A DNA stretch of 64,000 nt from Patescibacteria group bacterium UBA924 (GTDB lineage: Bacteria; Patescibacteriota; Microgenomatia; UBA1400; PJMF01), in NCBI GenBank assembly GCA_002293725.1, contig DBDU01000015.1, positions 19,793-83,792 on the forward strand. Reading direction: 5' to 3'. Below the pieces are notes generated by a model, which was given only the letters and a program-made list of their open reading frames with translations, had not been told where the DNA came from and searched no databases. The translations under genes were made by a program, and so were the position numbers. Shown in pieces: positions 16,435 through 25,723 of the stretch (positions are counted from its first letter, which is position 1; every line of letters begins with the position of its first letter).

Positions 16435-18645
16435 TTAGATCGGACATGCTCCGTTCTCACATTTGAGATGTTCGTAGTCAATGTCTTCCAAGAGCGTCTC
16501 GTCTTTTTCAATCTCGTTCAGCGCTTTCATGAACTCAGAGATAGTCACTGGTTGCTCTGGCTGATACTCATACGCAGTGGAGTCTTGCTGTGGCATGACT
16601 GAACAGCATTTGATTAACCCTTGGTACTTACCCACCATCTCACTGTACTCTTTGAAGCTGACTTTTTTCGGATCGTACTTCAAGGTGTAAGACACTTGGT
16701 TCCCAGTATCTGGCAAAGCATTTCCTTGCTCATCTACACCAACGATCCAGTACTTCTCTAAAAGCATTAACCATTTGTACTGTTCCTCTGGGGTAGCTTC
16801 AGCAGCGGTTACCAGCTCACCATTCATTCCAATTCGGCAGATCAAAGGCTGGGTTGGGAAGCCGACAGCGGTAGACCCTTGGTAGCTTTTTAGCTCTTTA
16901 ATTGGGTAGCCTTTTTTCTGGTATTTTTTAACCATTGGATCATCACTTCGATACTGCACCCAGCGAATGTACTCGCGCATACTTGGCAAGTGAGCCCCTT
17001 CGGTTAAGGCGAACAGTTTAGAGATCGTTCCAGATGGTTTGATCGTAGTATTGGTATGAGGTACTGTAACTCCTAACAACTTGGAGTACTTCTCGGCTTC
17101 ATCAACTACAGCGCGTTTGAAACGAGCAATCGTTAACCAGAACTCTTTTGACTTCTCTTCGTCAATTAAGTCACGGAAAGAAAAGCCAAACTGATTCCAG
17201 GCAAACTCATGAATACCTGTCATCCCAACACCAATTCTGTTGGTACGTTGGACCTCACGGTTGTAGAGACAGTCCATGGTATTGACCCGAATTAAAGCCC
17301 GAGTGGCAGCTCGATAGGCTTCCTCAGCATCGTCGAGAGTAGGAGCAAAGTAAGGAACCACGTCGGCGATGACACAGTATCCACCAAGCATGTTCAACGA
17401 GATCTCACCACATGGATTAGGAATCTGTGAGTAAACCTTGGCTCCTGCATTGCGGGCAACGTGGGCCAACATCTTCTCGGTACGACCAAATGGTTTGTAC
17501 TTGCTGCTCTCGGCATATTTGCCATCTTGATACCCTTCGTAGCCGTCATCATTCTGGACCAGTCGGTGTTGATTAATGAATCCTGGCTCACCTGTCCCGT
17601 CTTCGTAAGAAGCTTTTAGAATAGCCTCCAGAACTTTTCGAGCGTGATTGGTGCGCTGTTTCCAGAACTTGTCATCAACAGCTACCGAGTTGTTTGCACT
17701 CCATAGGAAGCCACCTCGTTTGATGTTAATGAAGTCGAAGACTTCTGGATCCGTCCATACTTTAGTTGCAATTCGGGCACTGCGACGAGCACCGCCAACT
17801 AAGACGCACTCTGCTAAGTAGTGATCGACAAACATGGCTTGTTTCCATGGAGAGAGACCAGAACCTTTGAGGGTAGCGGCTTTTTCAATTGCATTCATTA
17901 ATGGTTTAGGACCTGAGGAAGGACGATTCTGCATTCCTTTAATTGGCATGCCTTTGGCCCGTACTTTGGAGAAGTCTAAGATTAAGATGTCATCTTTATA
18001 TTTTTTCTCGTAGGCCATGATCTCCATCATCTCAATGGCTTGAGCCCAACCTTCACGGCTATCAGGGACTTCAAACCAGTGAACTGAGTCACTCTCGCCA
18101 TACTTGTGTTTGGCGTCACGAACGCTCTCATCAAAGCCCCACACAAAGTCTGGATGGTCATCGGCAATCACGCAGCGAACGTTGGGCATGTTGTCCCAGT
18201 TCACTACACACATATCATCATCGTAGGGACGACCTACACCAGAGCCATTCATCAAAAGGTAGAACAAGATGTACGAAGAAGAAGCAGTACTACAGTTGGT
18301 AAAGACCTCCATGTTACGGTTAGGCTGAGTCTCGTCACCGTGTTGGAGGTGACGACCTGACATCAAGATTGAGCCATTAGCGATGTGTTTTCTCATCAGC
18401 TCGTACTCGGCTTTTTGATGTTTTTTGTCAGTTTTCCCTTTGAGGGCTTTGGTGGTTAAAAGAAGCGTGTTTCCATTCGCTACGCGATCAGCAACTTCGG
18501 TCCAGGTTTCATAACGCTCTTCACCATTTTTCTCTTCAATCTTGCGAAGGTATGTTCGCTTGGCAACAGCCATGCCCATTCCACCATCGAGCTTACGCTC
18601 AATAAATTTCATTTTTCTTTTCGGCAATGCCGCGGCTGCTGTCAT
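16435..18645 (-). CDS. nrdJ: Class II (adenosylcobalamin-dependent) ribonucleotide reductase
   Basis: RTY.R, NC, GSGVG, VPDSREGW, VGGARRSA, NPCGEI finger loop, TIKPSGT and C-terminal CENGACPI. No beta subunit or activase gene adjacent. Confidence 0.9.
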   Translation of the reverse strand: MTAAAALPKRKMKFIERKLDGGMGMAVAKRTYLRKIEEKNGEERYETWTEVADRVANGNTLLLTTKALKGKTDKKHQKAEYELMRKHIANGSILMSGRHLQHGDETQPNRNMEVFTNCSTASSSYILFYLLMNGSGVGRPYDDDMCVVNWDNMPNVRCVIADDHPDFVWGFDESVRDAKHKYGESDSVHWFEVPDSREGWAQAIEMMEIMAYEKKYKDDILILDFSKVRAKGMPIKGMQNRPSSGPKPLMNAIEKAATLKGSGLSPWKQAMFVDHYLAECVLVGGARRSARIATKVWTDPEVFDFINIKRGGFLWSANNSVAVDDKFWKQRTNHARKVLEAILKASYEDGTGEPGFINQHRLVQNDDGYEGYQDGKYAESSKYKPFGRTEKMLAHVARNAGAKVYSQIPNPCGEISLNMLGGYCVIADVVPYFAPTLDDAEEAYRAATRALIRVNTMDCLYNREVQRTNRIGVGMTGIHEFAWNQFGFSFRDLIDEEKSKEFWLTIARFKRAVVDEAEKYSKLLGVTVPHTNTTIKPSGTISKLFALTEGAHLPSMREYIRWVQYRSDDPMVKKYQKKGYPIKELKSYQGSTAVGFPTQPLICRIGMNGELVTAAEATPEEQYKWLMLLEKYWIVGVDEQGNALPDTGNQVSYTLKYDPKKVSFKEYSEMVGKYQGLIKCCSVMPQQDSTAYEYQPEQPVTISEFMKALNEIEKDETLLEDIDYEHLKCENGACPI

Positions 18646-19097
18646 ACATTCCTCCTCAATTTGTCGATTTCCTGCTCAAAGTCTTCCAGACTATCAAAGT
18701 CACGATAAACACTCGCAAAGAGCAGGTACGAGAGCTTATCCATTTTCTTCAACTTGTTGATGACTAAATTGCCGATCTCCCAGCTTTTAACTTCCGTCGA
18801 AGTTTTGGCCCGGAGCTTCCTCTCAACATCGTTAATCATCTCCTCAATCTGGTCCATCGAGATTGGACGCTTCCAGGTTGCCTTCGCAATACCTCGGCGC
18901 AGTTTGTCTCGATTAAACGGTTCGCGTTCCCCATCTTTCTTCACCACATTTAAGTCGACGCCTTCTACCCGCTCATACGTCGTAAATCGTTTTGAGCAGC
19001 GGTCACAGCGTCGCCGACGACGGATGCAGCTTTGGTCTTCTGCATCTCGTGTATCGGTGACTGTAGTTTGGCAGGCAAAGCAATACGGACACTTCAT
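18642..19097 (-). CDS. nrdR: Transcriptional repressor NrdR
   Basis: MKCPYC...IRRRRRC..C.KRFTTYE zinc ribbon, ATP-cone and FASVYR.F. Likely start is ATG at 19097. Confidence 0.97.
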   Translation of the reverse strand: MKCPYCFACQTTVTDTRDAEDQSCIRRRRRCDRCSKRFTTYERVEGVDLNVVKKDGEREPFNRDKLRRGIAKATWKRPISMDQIEEMINDVERKLRAKTSTEVKSWEIGNLVINKLKKMDKLSYLLFASVYRDFDSLEDFEQEIDKLRRNV

Positions 19098-19131
19098 ATT
19101 CTTTACAGATTCGATCTTTATTACTCTGCCG

Positions 19132-19178
19132 ATACTGTATTTAGTGTTTTTGTGAGGATTAAATACTAAATATAGTTG
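19132..19178. promoter_or_regulatory. Tandem NrdR boxes
   Basis: ATACTGTATTTAGTGT (19132-19147) and ATACTAAATATAGTTG (19163-19178), 31 bp apart. Both match acaCwAtATaTwGtgt. Confidence 0.8.
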
Positions 19179-19256
19179 TCGTTGGGGAAATAGGATCTCA
19201 CGGAGGGGGGTAAGGGGCAACGATCGTAAATAGATCAAACTATATTAGTTTTGGAC

Positions 19257-19796
19257 TTACTTTTGAGCGATACTCGCTCGAAGTTCCGACATGAGCAAGT
19301 CATGTTCTTTTAAGATTTGATCAAGCTGTGCGCGATGGGCATCGGTCAGCTGAGGAGCCAGTTCCACGAGTTCTTTAGAGTGGTATGCAATGGCTTTAGC
19401 AATGCGCTCTTTCATAGAAGCGTCAACGTCGCTGGCCAGTGCATCTTGAGTCGCTTGATTGAGGTAGTTTTGGGACTTTAATAAAGTTGTCATTGCCAAC
19501 TCTTCATTCTCTTTTTGCAGCAACGCCTTCGCATAATCGAGACGGCGGTGGGCATACTCTATCTTGATGAAGATCTGCTCTTGGGGAGTAGCCGTTTCCA
19601 GCTGTAAACGGTCCATCGCCATGATGACTTTATACAGAGAGTGATCTGGTAAAACTTGGTGCGAAAAGTACAACTTACTCTCTGAAGCAGCCTGCCCCCC
19701 AGTTGAAGAAACTTGAGTGGCACTGAAGAGCGAGATAATTAAGATGCTGCTACCAAATCCCAATCCTAGCAGCGAGAAGAGAAAGCGAGTTCTCAT
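19257..19796 (-). CDS. DUF5667-like membrane-anchored helical protein
   Basis: N-terminal TM, an LPDHSLY..K motif and A.RRL. Confidence 0.7.
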   Translation of the reverse strand: MRTRFLFSLLGLGFGSSILIISLFSATQVSSTGGQAASESKLYFSHQVLPDHSLYKVIMAMDRLQLETATPQEQIFIKIEYAHRRLDYAKALLQKENEELAMTTLLKSQNYLNQATQDALASDVDASMKERIAKAIAYHSKELVELAPQLTDAHRAQLDQILKEHDLLMSELRASIAQK

Positions 19797-19881
19797 AAGT
19801 AATACAGATGTAAATTGTACCAAGTACTTGAGGAGAGTCAAATTAAAGAAGTCTTGAATCGTCCACGTAATCAGACATTAA

Positions 19882-20676
19882 CTATCGAGTATGGACCAAA
19901 AGGACCATTCCCCAGATGGCATGGGACAGTGAGAGGGCGTAAATATTTCTGACTCGAGCAAATAACAACGCTTGTCCAAGGCCAAAGAAGAAGAGTAAGA
20001 AAAGCTGTCCGCCAATCAAACTCAGGTCGAAACGAAGAATCGTGTTAGGGATATGGAAGACTAAGAAGATAACAGCAGTGACGAGTACTTGATTAAGCAA
20101 TGACCAATTTTTGAACTTCTCCATGATCACGGTCATGATCCAGCAGTAGAAGAAAAGTGACTCCCAAAAGCCTGTCATCATTGCTAAAGCAAACTCCCAC
20201 CAGAAGCTATCAGAAGCAAACAGCGGTGCAGCTTGAACGACGACGCCTTTGCGCATCAATGAGGCCAGTGCTCCTGCGAAGCCAAATAGTCCACCAATCG
20301 CTAATCCCATCCATAAACCAGATTGGAGGTAACGGGGACTAATGGTGTCGGCAATTGATTTTGATCGAGTGATGGAAACGTACAACCACACTGGTAGACC
20401 GAAGAACACAGCTTTACCAATACTCTCGTCAAACCAAACTGGAAAACGGAAAAGGTAGCGATATACACACCACATTACAAAAACGAGCAATAATAACGGA
20501 ATAAAAGCAATGTGCTGCGCGATAGGACCTGAGCTAGTGACAGTTACCCGACGAGAAGTCGTCGGTTGTTGGTAACGTCGTCTAAGTTGCACAATCCCTG
20601 GTTTGGCGCTGGAAACCCGCGTAGCTGTACTACGTTTCCCAACTTTACCAGAATTAGCTTTGGGCTTGGATGGCAT
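19882..20676 (-). CDS. CPBP (CAAX protease/Abi) family intramembrane protein
   Basis: Multi-TM protein with degenerate motif 1 (FWESLFF), FxxxH (FLVFH) and HAIWG. Confidence 0.75.
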   Translation of the reverse strand: MPSKPKANSGKVGKRSTATRVSSAKPGIVQLRRRYQQPTTSRRVTVTSSGPIAQHIAFIPLLLLVFVMWCVYRYLFRFPVWFDESIGKAVFFGLPVWLYVSITRSKSIADTISPRYLQSGLWMGLAIGGLFGFAGALASLMRKGVVVQAAPLFASDSFWWEFALAMMTGFWESLFFYCWIMTVIMEKFKNWSLLNQVLVTAVIFLVFHIPNTILRFDLSLIGGQLFLLFFFGLGQALLFARVRNIYALSLSHAIWGMVLLVHTR

Positions 20677-21280
20677 TAAGGACAGTTTGAAGCGTTTCTT
20701 CCCTACTTACTTTGTAGGTATCAATGATTAAATCGTAGAGTTTTGGGTTCCAAAAATCAATCGGATCCTCGGCAGTGAGAACTCCGTTGGCGACGACCCA
20801 TGCTTTCCATTGATCGCCGTACATATCGATCCATTTGGCGGTGTTCTTTTCGTAACGAGTTCTCATGTTCTCGATAGCCTGTTTAGGAGTAACGTTATCT
20901 CGGTTCACAATTCGATCAACGCGAACAGCCTCATCACTGCAGGTCATCAGAACTTTCAAGGTTCCCAAAACCCCTTGAGCCATAAATCCCGATAACCAAG
21001 ACTCTAAAATTTGAAACTTACCCGTTTCTAAACGCTGACGCATACCAAGGTCAACCTGGCGATCAAAGTCGGGTGGATAAGCAGTCGCATCATGATGAAG
21101 TGCAGTCGTATCTTTAAACAAACCCTGGGAGATGGCATAGTCACGCATGAACTCACCGCCGCTAAAACCTGTCCAACCCCTTGGCCCCAACTCTTCTTTC
21201 AATAACTTCAGGAGGGTAGTTGAGCCACTTCCTGGCAAACCAGAAATGGTAATGTTTGGATAACGATACTTCTCACTCAT
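20654..21280 (-). CDS. Archaeal-type cytidylate kinase-like NMP kinase
   Basis: ITISGLPGSGSTT, S.GE.MR, DRQVD, ESWLSG, R..RI..RD and YDLIIDT. Confidence 0.8.
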   Translation of the reverse strand: MSEKYRYPNITISGLPGSGSTTLLKLLKEELGPRGWTGFSGGEFMRDYAISQGLFKDTTALHHDATAYPPDFDRQVDLGMRQRLETGKFQILESWLSGFMAQGVLGTLKVLMTCSDEAVRVDRIVNRDNVTPKQAIENMRTRYEKNTAKWIDMYGDQWKAWVVANGVLTAEDPIDFWNPKLYDLIIDTYKVSREETLQTVLNAIQAQS

Positions 21281-21330
21281 AATAGCTCTCCTGATCAGAC
21301 TGTGTCTCTTTGGGCGATTGTACCTGTAAC

Positions 21331-21825
21331 TTAATCGTTTTTCAGCTGGCAGTGTGTAGCCTGTTCCATACTGGAAATTACCATTGAAATTTTGGATGCT
21401 GCCTCTTGGAGGGTCAAACGACGCTCATTGTGAGGGAAGTAGTGAAAGATTTGATTACGACACTCTAACCATGTTTTCCAGAGAGACGCCGCAATATCAG
21501 GGCCACAGATTTTCTTGACATCATCGTATAACCACCATTGGTCTCGTTGCTTTGGATGAACGTCCGGATTCATGGCTCGTCCGATTCGAAAGCGCTTATC
21601 AGCGTAGGTGACGGCGTTAATTAACCCTAAGTCAAACAAATATTGCTTGAGAAAGCCCTCATATGCTTTAGAGATTGGAAAAACAACGAAGGAGTAGTCA
21701 GTAAATGCTGAGTGCATCCGCTCTTCACGCTCGTATAATTCTAGAGTGGTCTCTGTTAACTCTTTCTGCCAACTAGAGAGTTGCATAAACCAGGGCTGCA
21801 TAAGAATCGAGCGGAAACGTTGCAT
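21331..21825 (-). CDS. Stand-alone HEPN-domain protein (RnlA/RNase LS C-terminal-like)
   Basis: DYSFVVFP..KAYEGFLK segment and an RxxxxH motif (RNQIFH). Confidence 0.6.
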   Translation of the reverse strand: MQRFRSILMQPWFMQLSSWQKELTETTLELYEREERMHSAFTDYSFVVFPISKAYEGFLKQYLFDLGLINAVTYADKRFRIGRAMNPDVHPKQRDQWWLYDDVKKICGPDIAASLWKTWLECRNQIFHYFPHNERRLTLQEAASKISMVISSMEQATHCQLKND

Positions 21826-21908
21826 AGGGACAGGTCAATGATAGATAATACTCTCCCAATATAGAATGGGTGGCAGCTCGAAACAAGGTACGGTAACGTT
21901 TATCTACT

Positions 21909-24386
21909 GTGAGTAATACGTCCTCTCCCCACCAGCCCTCCAAGCCAAGTTTGAAAGACAAAGTTTTGACGCCGATCACCACCATGAAAAGCAAACAGTG
22001 GCAGAAAGCATTTACGGGCAAGTACCAGCCCAAAAGTAAGACTGCCAAAAATACTAAAGAGACGACGGGCACTTCTAAACGAAAGTTGCCGAAATGGTTG
22101 CGGATCTTATTGCTCCCAATTACTAATCCGTTCTTGCGCTTCGGCTTGATCGCCTTAGCACTGTGTGGCGTCTTAGCTCTGCTTTATATTTTGCGTGATC
22201 TCCCCTCACCTCGTCGTTTAACTTCCAGCGAAAACTTTGCGGTTAGTACCCAAATTTTTGATCGCAAGGGCAGGCTACTCTACGAGATTTTTGCTGATGA
22301 AAATCGAATCCCTATCTCAATTGACTCCCTGCCACCACACGTTTACCAAGCAACTATCGCCATTGAAGATCAGAATTTTTACAAGCACTGGGGTTTTGAC
22401 ATTATTGGAATTACCCGCGCAATTCGTAACACTCTTCAAGGTAGACGTTTAGAGGGTGGTTCCACAATTACTCAACAGTTAGTCAAAACGGCACTGCTAA
22501 CTCCGGAACGCTCTTTACAACGTAAAGCTAAGGAAGGAGTCCTCTCTGTTGTTACTGAGTTACTCTACTCAAAAGAAGAAATCTTGGAGATGTACCTGAA
22601 CTATATTTCCTACGGCGGCACCTCGGTGGGAATTGAGTCAGCGGCGCAGCGCTACTTTGATAAACCAGCGAAGGACTTAAGTATTGCCGAAGCAGCGTTG
22701 CTGGCTGGTTTACCACAAGCGCCTTCACAGTACTCACCGTTTGGGAGCAGCCCAGAGCGTGCTAAAGCTCGCCAGCAAGACGTTATTCGCCGGATGCAAG
22801 AAGACGGCTACATTACCGCCGAACAAGCCGAGCAAGCGAAAAATGAGGTCTTACAGTTCGCCATTTCTAGAACGGACATCCAAGCTCCTCACTTTGTCTT
22901 CTATGTTCGTGACTTACTGTACGAAAAGTATGGTGAAGAACGCGTCGAAACAGGCGGCCTACGGGTAACTACATCACTAGATCTTGATTTGCAAAATGTA
23001 GCCCAAGCTTCTCTTTCGGCTCAAATTGACAAGCTGCAAACTGCCCGTGTCAGTAATGGTGCCAGTATCGTGATGAAGCCAAACACTGGTGAGATCTTAG
23101 CCATGATTGGCTCCAAAGACTACTTTAATACGGCTGAAGATGGTCAAGTGAACGTCACCCTTAGACCTCGCCAGCCAGGTTCTTCCATCAAACCAATCAT
23201 GTACGCGACTGCATTTCAAGAAAAACTTTTAAACCCTGGTTCTTACTTGTTAGATATTCCCACCTGTTTTGAAGTCGCAGGCCAGAAACCATACTGTCCG
23301 AAAAACTACGACGGTGGCTTCAAAGGTCCAGTATCGATTCGCCAAGCACTCGGAAACTCGTTAAACATTCCTGCCGTGAAAGGACTGCGACTGATTGGTT
23401 TAGAAAAGTTCATTGACCAAGCAACCGACATGGGAATTACCAGCTGGAAAGATCCATCTAACTACGGCTTATCGCTTACTCTTGGTGGTGGTGAGATTCG
23501 GATGATCGACCTTGCTCAGGCGTTTGGCGTCATCGCCAATCAAGGCGTGAAAGTTCCTGTGACACCAATCCTCAAAATCGAAGACTACAAAGGCAACGTT
23601 ATTGAAGAGCTTAGCTTTGATGAACGACAGCGAGACTTAGTCGATCTGACTGCGGATGAAGACACGAATGAGTTAGGAGACTTAGAACGAGTCATGAACA
23701 GAGCTCCTGCCTATCTCACGTCGCATATCATGCAAGATAACAATGCTCGGATGGCTGCTTTCGGTCCCAACTCAAAGTTAGTTATTCCCGGTCAAATTGT
23801 CAGTGCTAAAACGGGAACCACCAATGACCTGAAAGATAACTGGACAGTTGGCTTTACGCCGCAGTTCTTAGTTATCACGTGGGTGGGTAATAACGATGGA
23901 TCACCCATGAATCGTAACTTGGTATCTGGCATTACTGGTGCAGCACCAATTTTCAATGACATTATGTCCTACGTATTGAGAGATCAAGAACCAATCATTC
24001 CGGAGAAACCTGATGACGTGACCGCGGGAGCAGTCTGTGTGACCGGTATGCCACCACAACCAGGAGAAAACTGTCCGCAACAAGCGAATGAGCTGTACTG
24101 GCGTAAGTCATTACCATCAAAAGCTCAGTTCGTGACCAAAGAAGTTTGGGTTCATCCTGAAACTGGCTTGCCATTCCAAGCCGGTGAGTCAACCGATGGT
24201 CTTCAACTACAGATGCGAACAATCTTGACTGATCCATTTACTGCTGACTACTGTCAGGACTGTGCGCGTCCTGTCGATGAACAAGGGCAGCCCGTCTTTG
24301 AGCAACACAACATCGACGCGGCGGCTACATTTGATGAGGTGTTTAACACCACAAGCGAGACAAACCAAGAATCAGCTGCCCAATAA
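21909..24386 (+). CDS. Class A penicillin-binding protein (PBP1A-like)
   Basis: GT51 motifs AIED.NFY and GGSTITQQLVK. Transpeptidase motifs SSIK, SLN and KTGT. Confidence 0.95.
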   Translation: MSNTSSPHQPSKPSLKDKVLTPITTMKSKQWQKAFTGKYQPKSKTAKNTKETTGTSKRKLPKWLRILLLPITNPFLRFGLIALALCGVLALLYILRDLPSPRRLTSSENFAVSTQIFDRKGRLLYEIFADENRIPISIDSLPPHVYQATIAIEDQNFYKHWGFDIIGITRAIRNTLQGRRLEGGSTITQQLVKTALLTPERSLQRKAKEGVLSVVTELLYSKEEILEMYLNYISYGGTSVGIESAAQRYFDKPAKDLSIAEAALLAGLPQAPSQYSPFGSSPERAKARQQDVIRRMQEDGYITAEQAEQAKNEVLQFAISRTDIQAPHFVFYVRDLLYEKYGEERVETGGLRVTTSLDLDLQNVAQASLSAQIDKLQTARVSNGASIVMKPNTGEILAMIGSKDYFNTAEDGQVNVTLRPRQPGSSIKPIMYATAFQEKLLNPGSYLLDIPTCFEVAGQKPYCPKNYDGGFKGPVSIRQALGNSLNIPAVKGLRLIGLEKFIDQATDMGITSWKDPSNYGLSLTLGGGEIRMIDLAQAFGVIANQGVKVPVTPILKIEDYKGNVIEELSFDERQRDLVDLTADEDTNELGDLERVMNRAPAYLTSHIMQDNNARMAAFGPNSKLVIPGQIVSAKTGTTNDLKDNWTVGFTPQFLVITWVGNNDGSPMNRNLVSGITGAAPIFNDIMSYVLRDQEPIIPEKPDDVTAGAVCVTGMPPQPGENCPQQANELYWRKSLPSKAQFVTKEVWVHPETGLPFQAGESTDGLQLQMRTILTDPFTADYCQDCARPVDEQGQPVFEQHNIDAAATFDEVFNTTSETNQESAAQ

Positions 24387-24401
24387 GAAGAAAGGTGCCT
24401 C

Positions 24402-25646
24402 ATGCGTTCACCGAGAATAAAGTCTCGACTCCTCGGTTTTCTGCTGCTCTTCGCTTTGGTTGTGATCGGCGGAGCGGGATGGTACTGGTACACACACGTC
24501 CGAATTGCTAGTTTGCTCTCACCATTTATGAGAGATTTGGACGATACACCTCCTCTCTCGAGTCTCGACTCACCACAGTACATTGTCTACGGTTTCGTTC
24601 CTTACTGGAACCTAACTAAGACCATCGTCCAGCCAGAGATCACACACCTCGCCTACTTCTCATTGCCGATTAGTGAGGAGGGACATCTGGATGGAATTAC
24701 TAGCCCTGTCAGTGACGATCCTGATGCAGATATTAGTAGCCGCCGCTGGCGCTCTGCACAACTCGATCGCGTGGTCAACGAACTCCGCCCAAATCAAAAG
24801 CTAACTATTACCTTAACTCAGTTCGATACCGAGGTAATTGAAAACTTCTTAGGCTCTACGCAAGCTCAAGATACTTTTCAAGCTGACATGAAGTCTTTTC
24901 TAGAAACAACCACTCGCCCGGTGGCAGGAGTGAATGTAGATATCGAGTATGCCGGTGAAGCTAGTCCAGAACTTCGACAGCAGTACGTTGAGTTCATCAA
25001 ACGGACGCGTCAAACCTTAGATACCTATGCCAAGTCTGCTGGCAAACAACCACTCCAACTTTCTATGAGTGTCTTTGCCAGCGCTGCGAGCCGACACTTA
25101 CTTTGGGATCTACCAGCACTCACTCCTTACATCGACCAAACCGTGGTGATGGCCTACGACTTTCACCGGCCGTCTTCACCAGTAGCAGGTCCCGTTGCTC
25201 CGTTGTTTGGAGCCAAAAACGTCTGGGACAATGACGTGGTACTTCACTTACGAGAGTTCTTGGAGGTGATGCCTGCAGAGAAAATTCTCTTAGGGGTTCC
25301 TTTTTACGGATACGAGTGGGAAACAACTGAAACTGAGAATCCTCGGGCTCTATCTTTTCCTGGAACTGGCGGGACTGCCAGTTATGGACGGGTGCAACAG
25401 CTTCTTCAAGATCCTGAGTACTTTCCGATCACTCAAGGTTGGGATGAAGAAGCACTCTCGCCTTACTTGGTCTACTTCAAAGACGGCCGACAGCACGTGA
25501 TCTACTACGAAGATGCAAAGTCACTAGGATACAAACTGGAACTCGTTACTGGCCTTCGTTTAGGAGGAATTGCAATTTGGGCATTAGGATATGAAGATGG
25601 CTCTCGTGAGTTATGGGATGCAATTGATCAATACTTAGCTGAGTAA
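24402..25646 (+). CDS. Membrane-anchored GH18 glycoside hydrolase
   Basis: N-terminal TM, GVNVDIEY (DxDxE-like), VMAYDF, LGVPFYG and IWALG. Confidence 0.88.
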   Translation: MRSPRIKSRLLGFLLLFALVVIGGAGWYWYTHVRIASLLSPFMRDLDDTPPLSSLDSPQYIVYGFVPYWNLTKTIVQPEITHLAYFSLPISEEGHLDGITSPVSDDPDADISSRRWRSAQLDRVVNELRPNQKLTITLTQFDTEVIENFLGSTQAQDTFQADMKSFLETTTRPVAGVNVDIEYAGEASPELRQQYVEFIKRTRQTLDTYAKSAGKQPLQLSMSVFASAASRHLLWDLPALTPYIDQTVVMAYDFHRPSSPVAGPVAPLFGAKNVWDNDVVLHLREFLEVMPAEKILLGVPFYGYEWETTETENPRALSFPGTGGTASYGRVQQLLQDPEYFPITQGWDEEALSPYLVYFKDGRQHVIYYEDAKSLGYKLELVTGLRLGGIAIWALGYEDGSRELWDAIDQYLAE

Positions 25647-25723
25647 ATTTTTACCCTATAAATCTTTTTTACTAAACTTCTCAAAGAAGATCAAAACACG
25701 ACAATTGAATACACTACCGCCCC

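Noticed and set aside
19098..19238. 47-aa N-terminal extension of NrdR in the ORF track
   Set aside because: NrdR homology starts at MKCPYC, and the extension covers the NrdR boxes and promoter.
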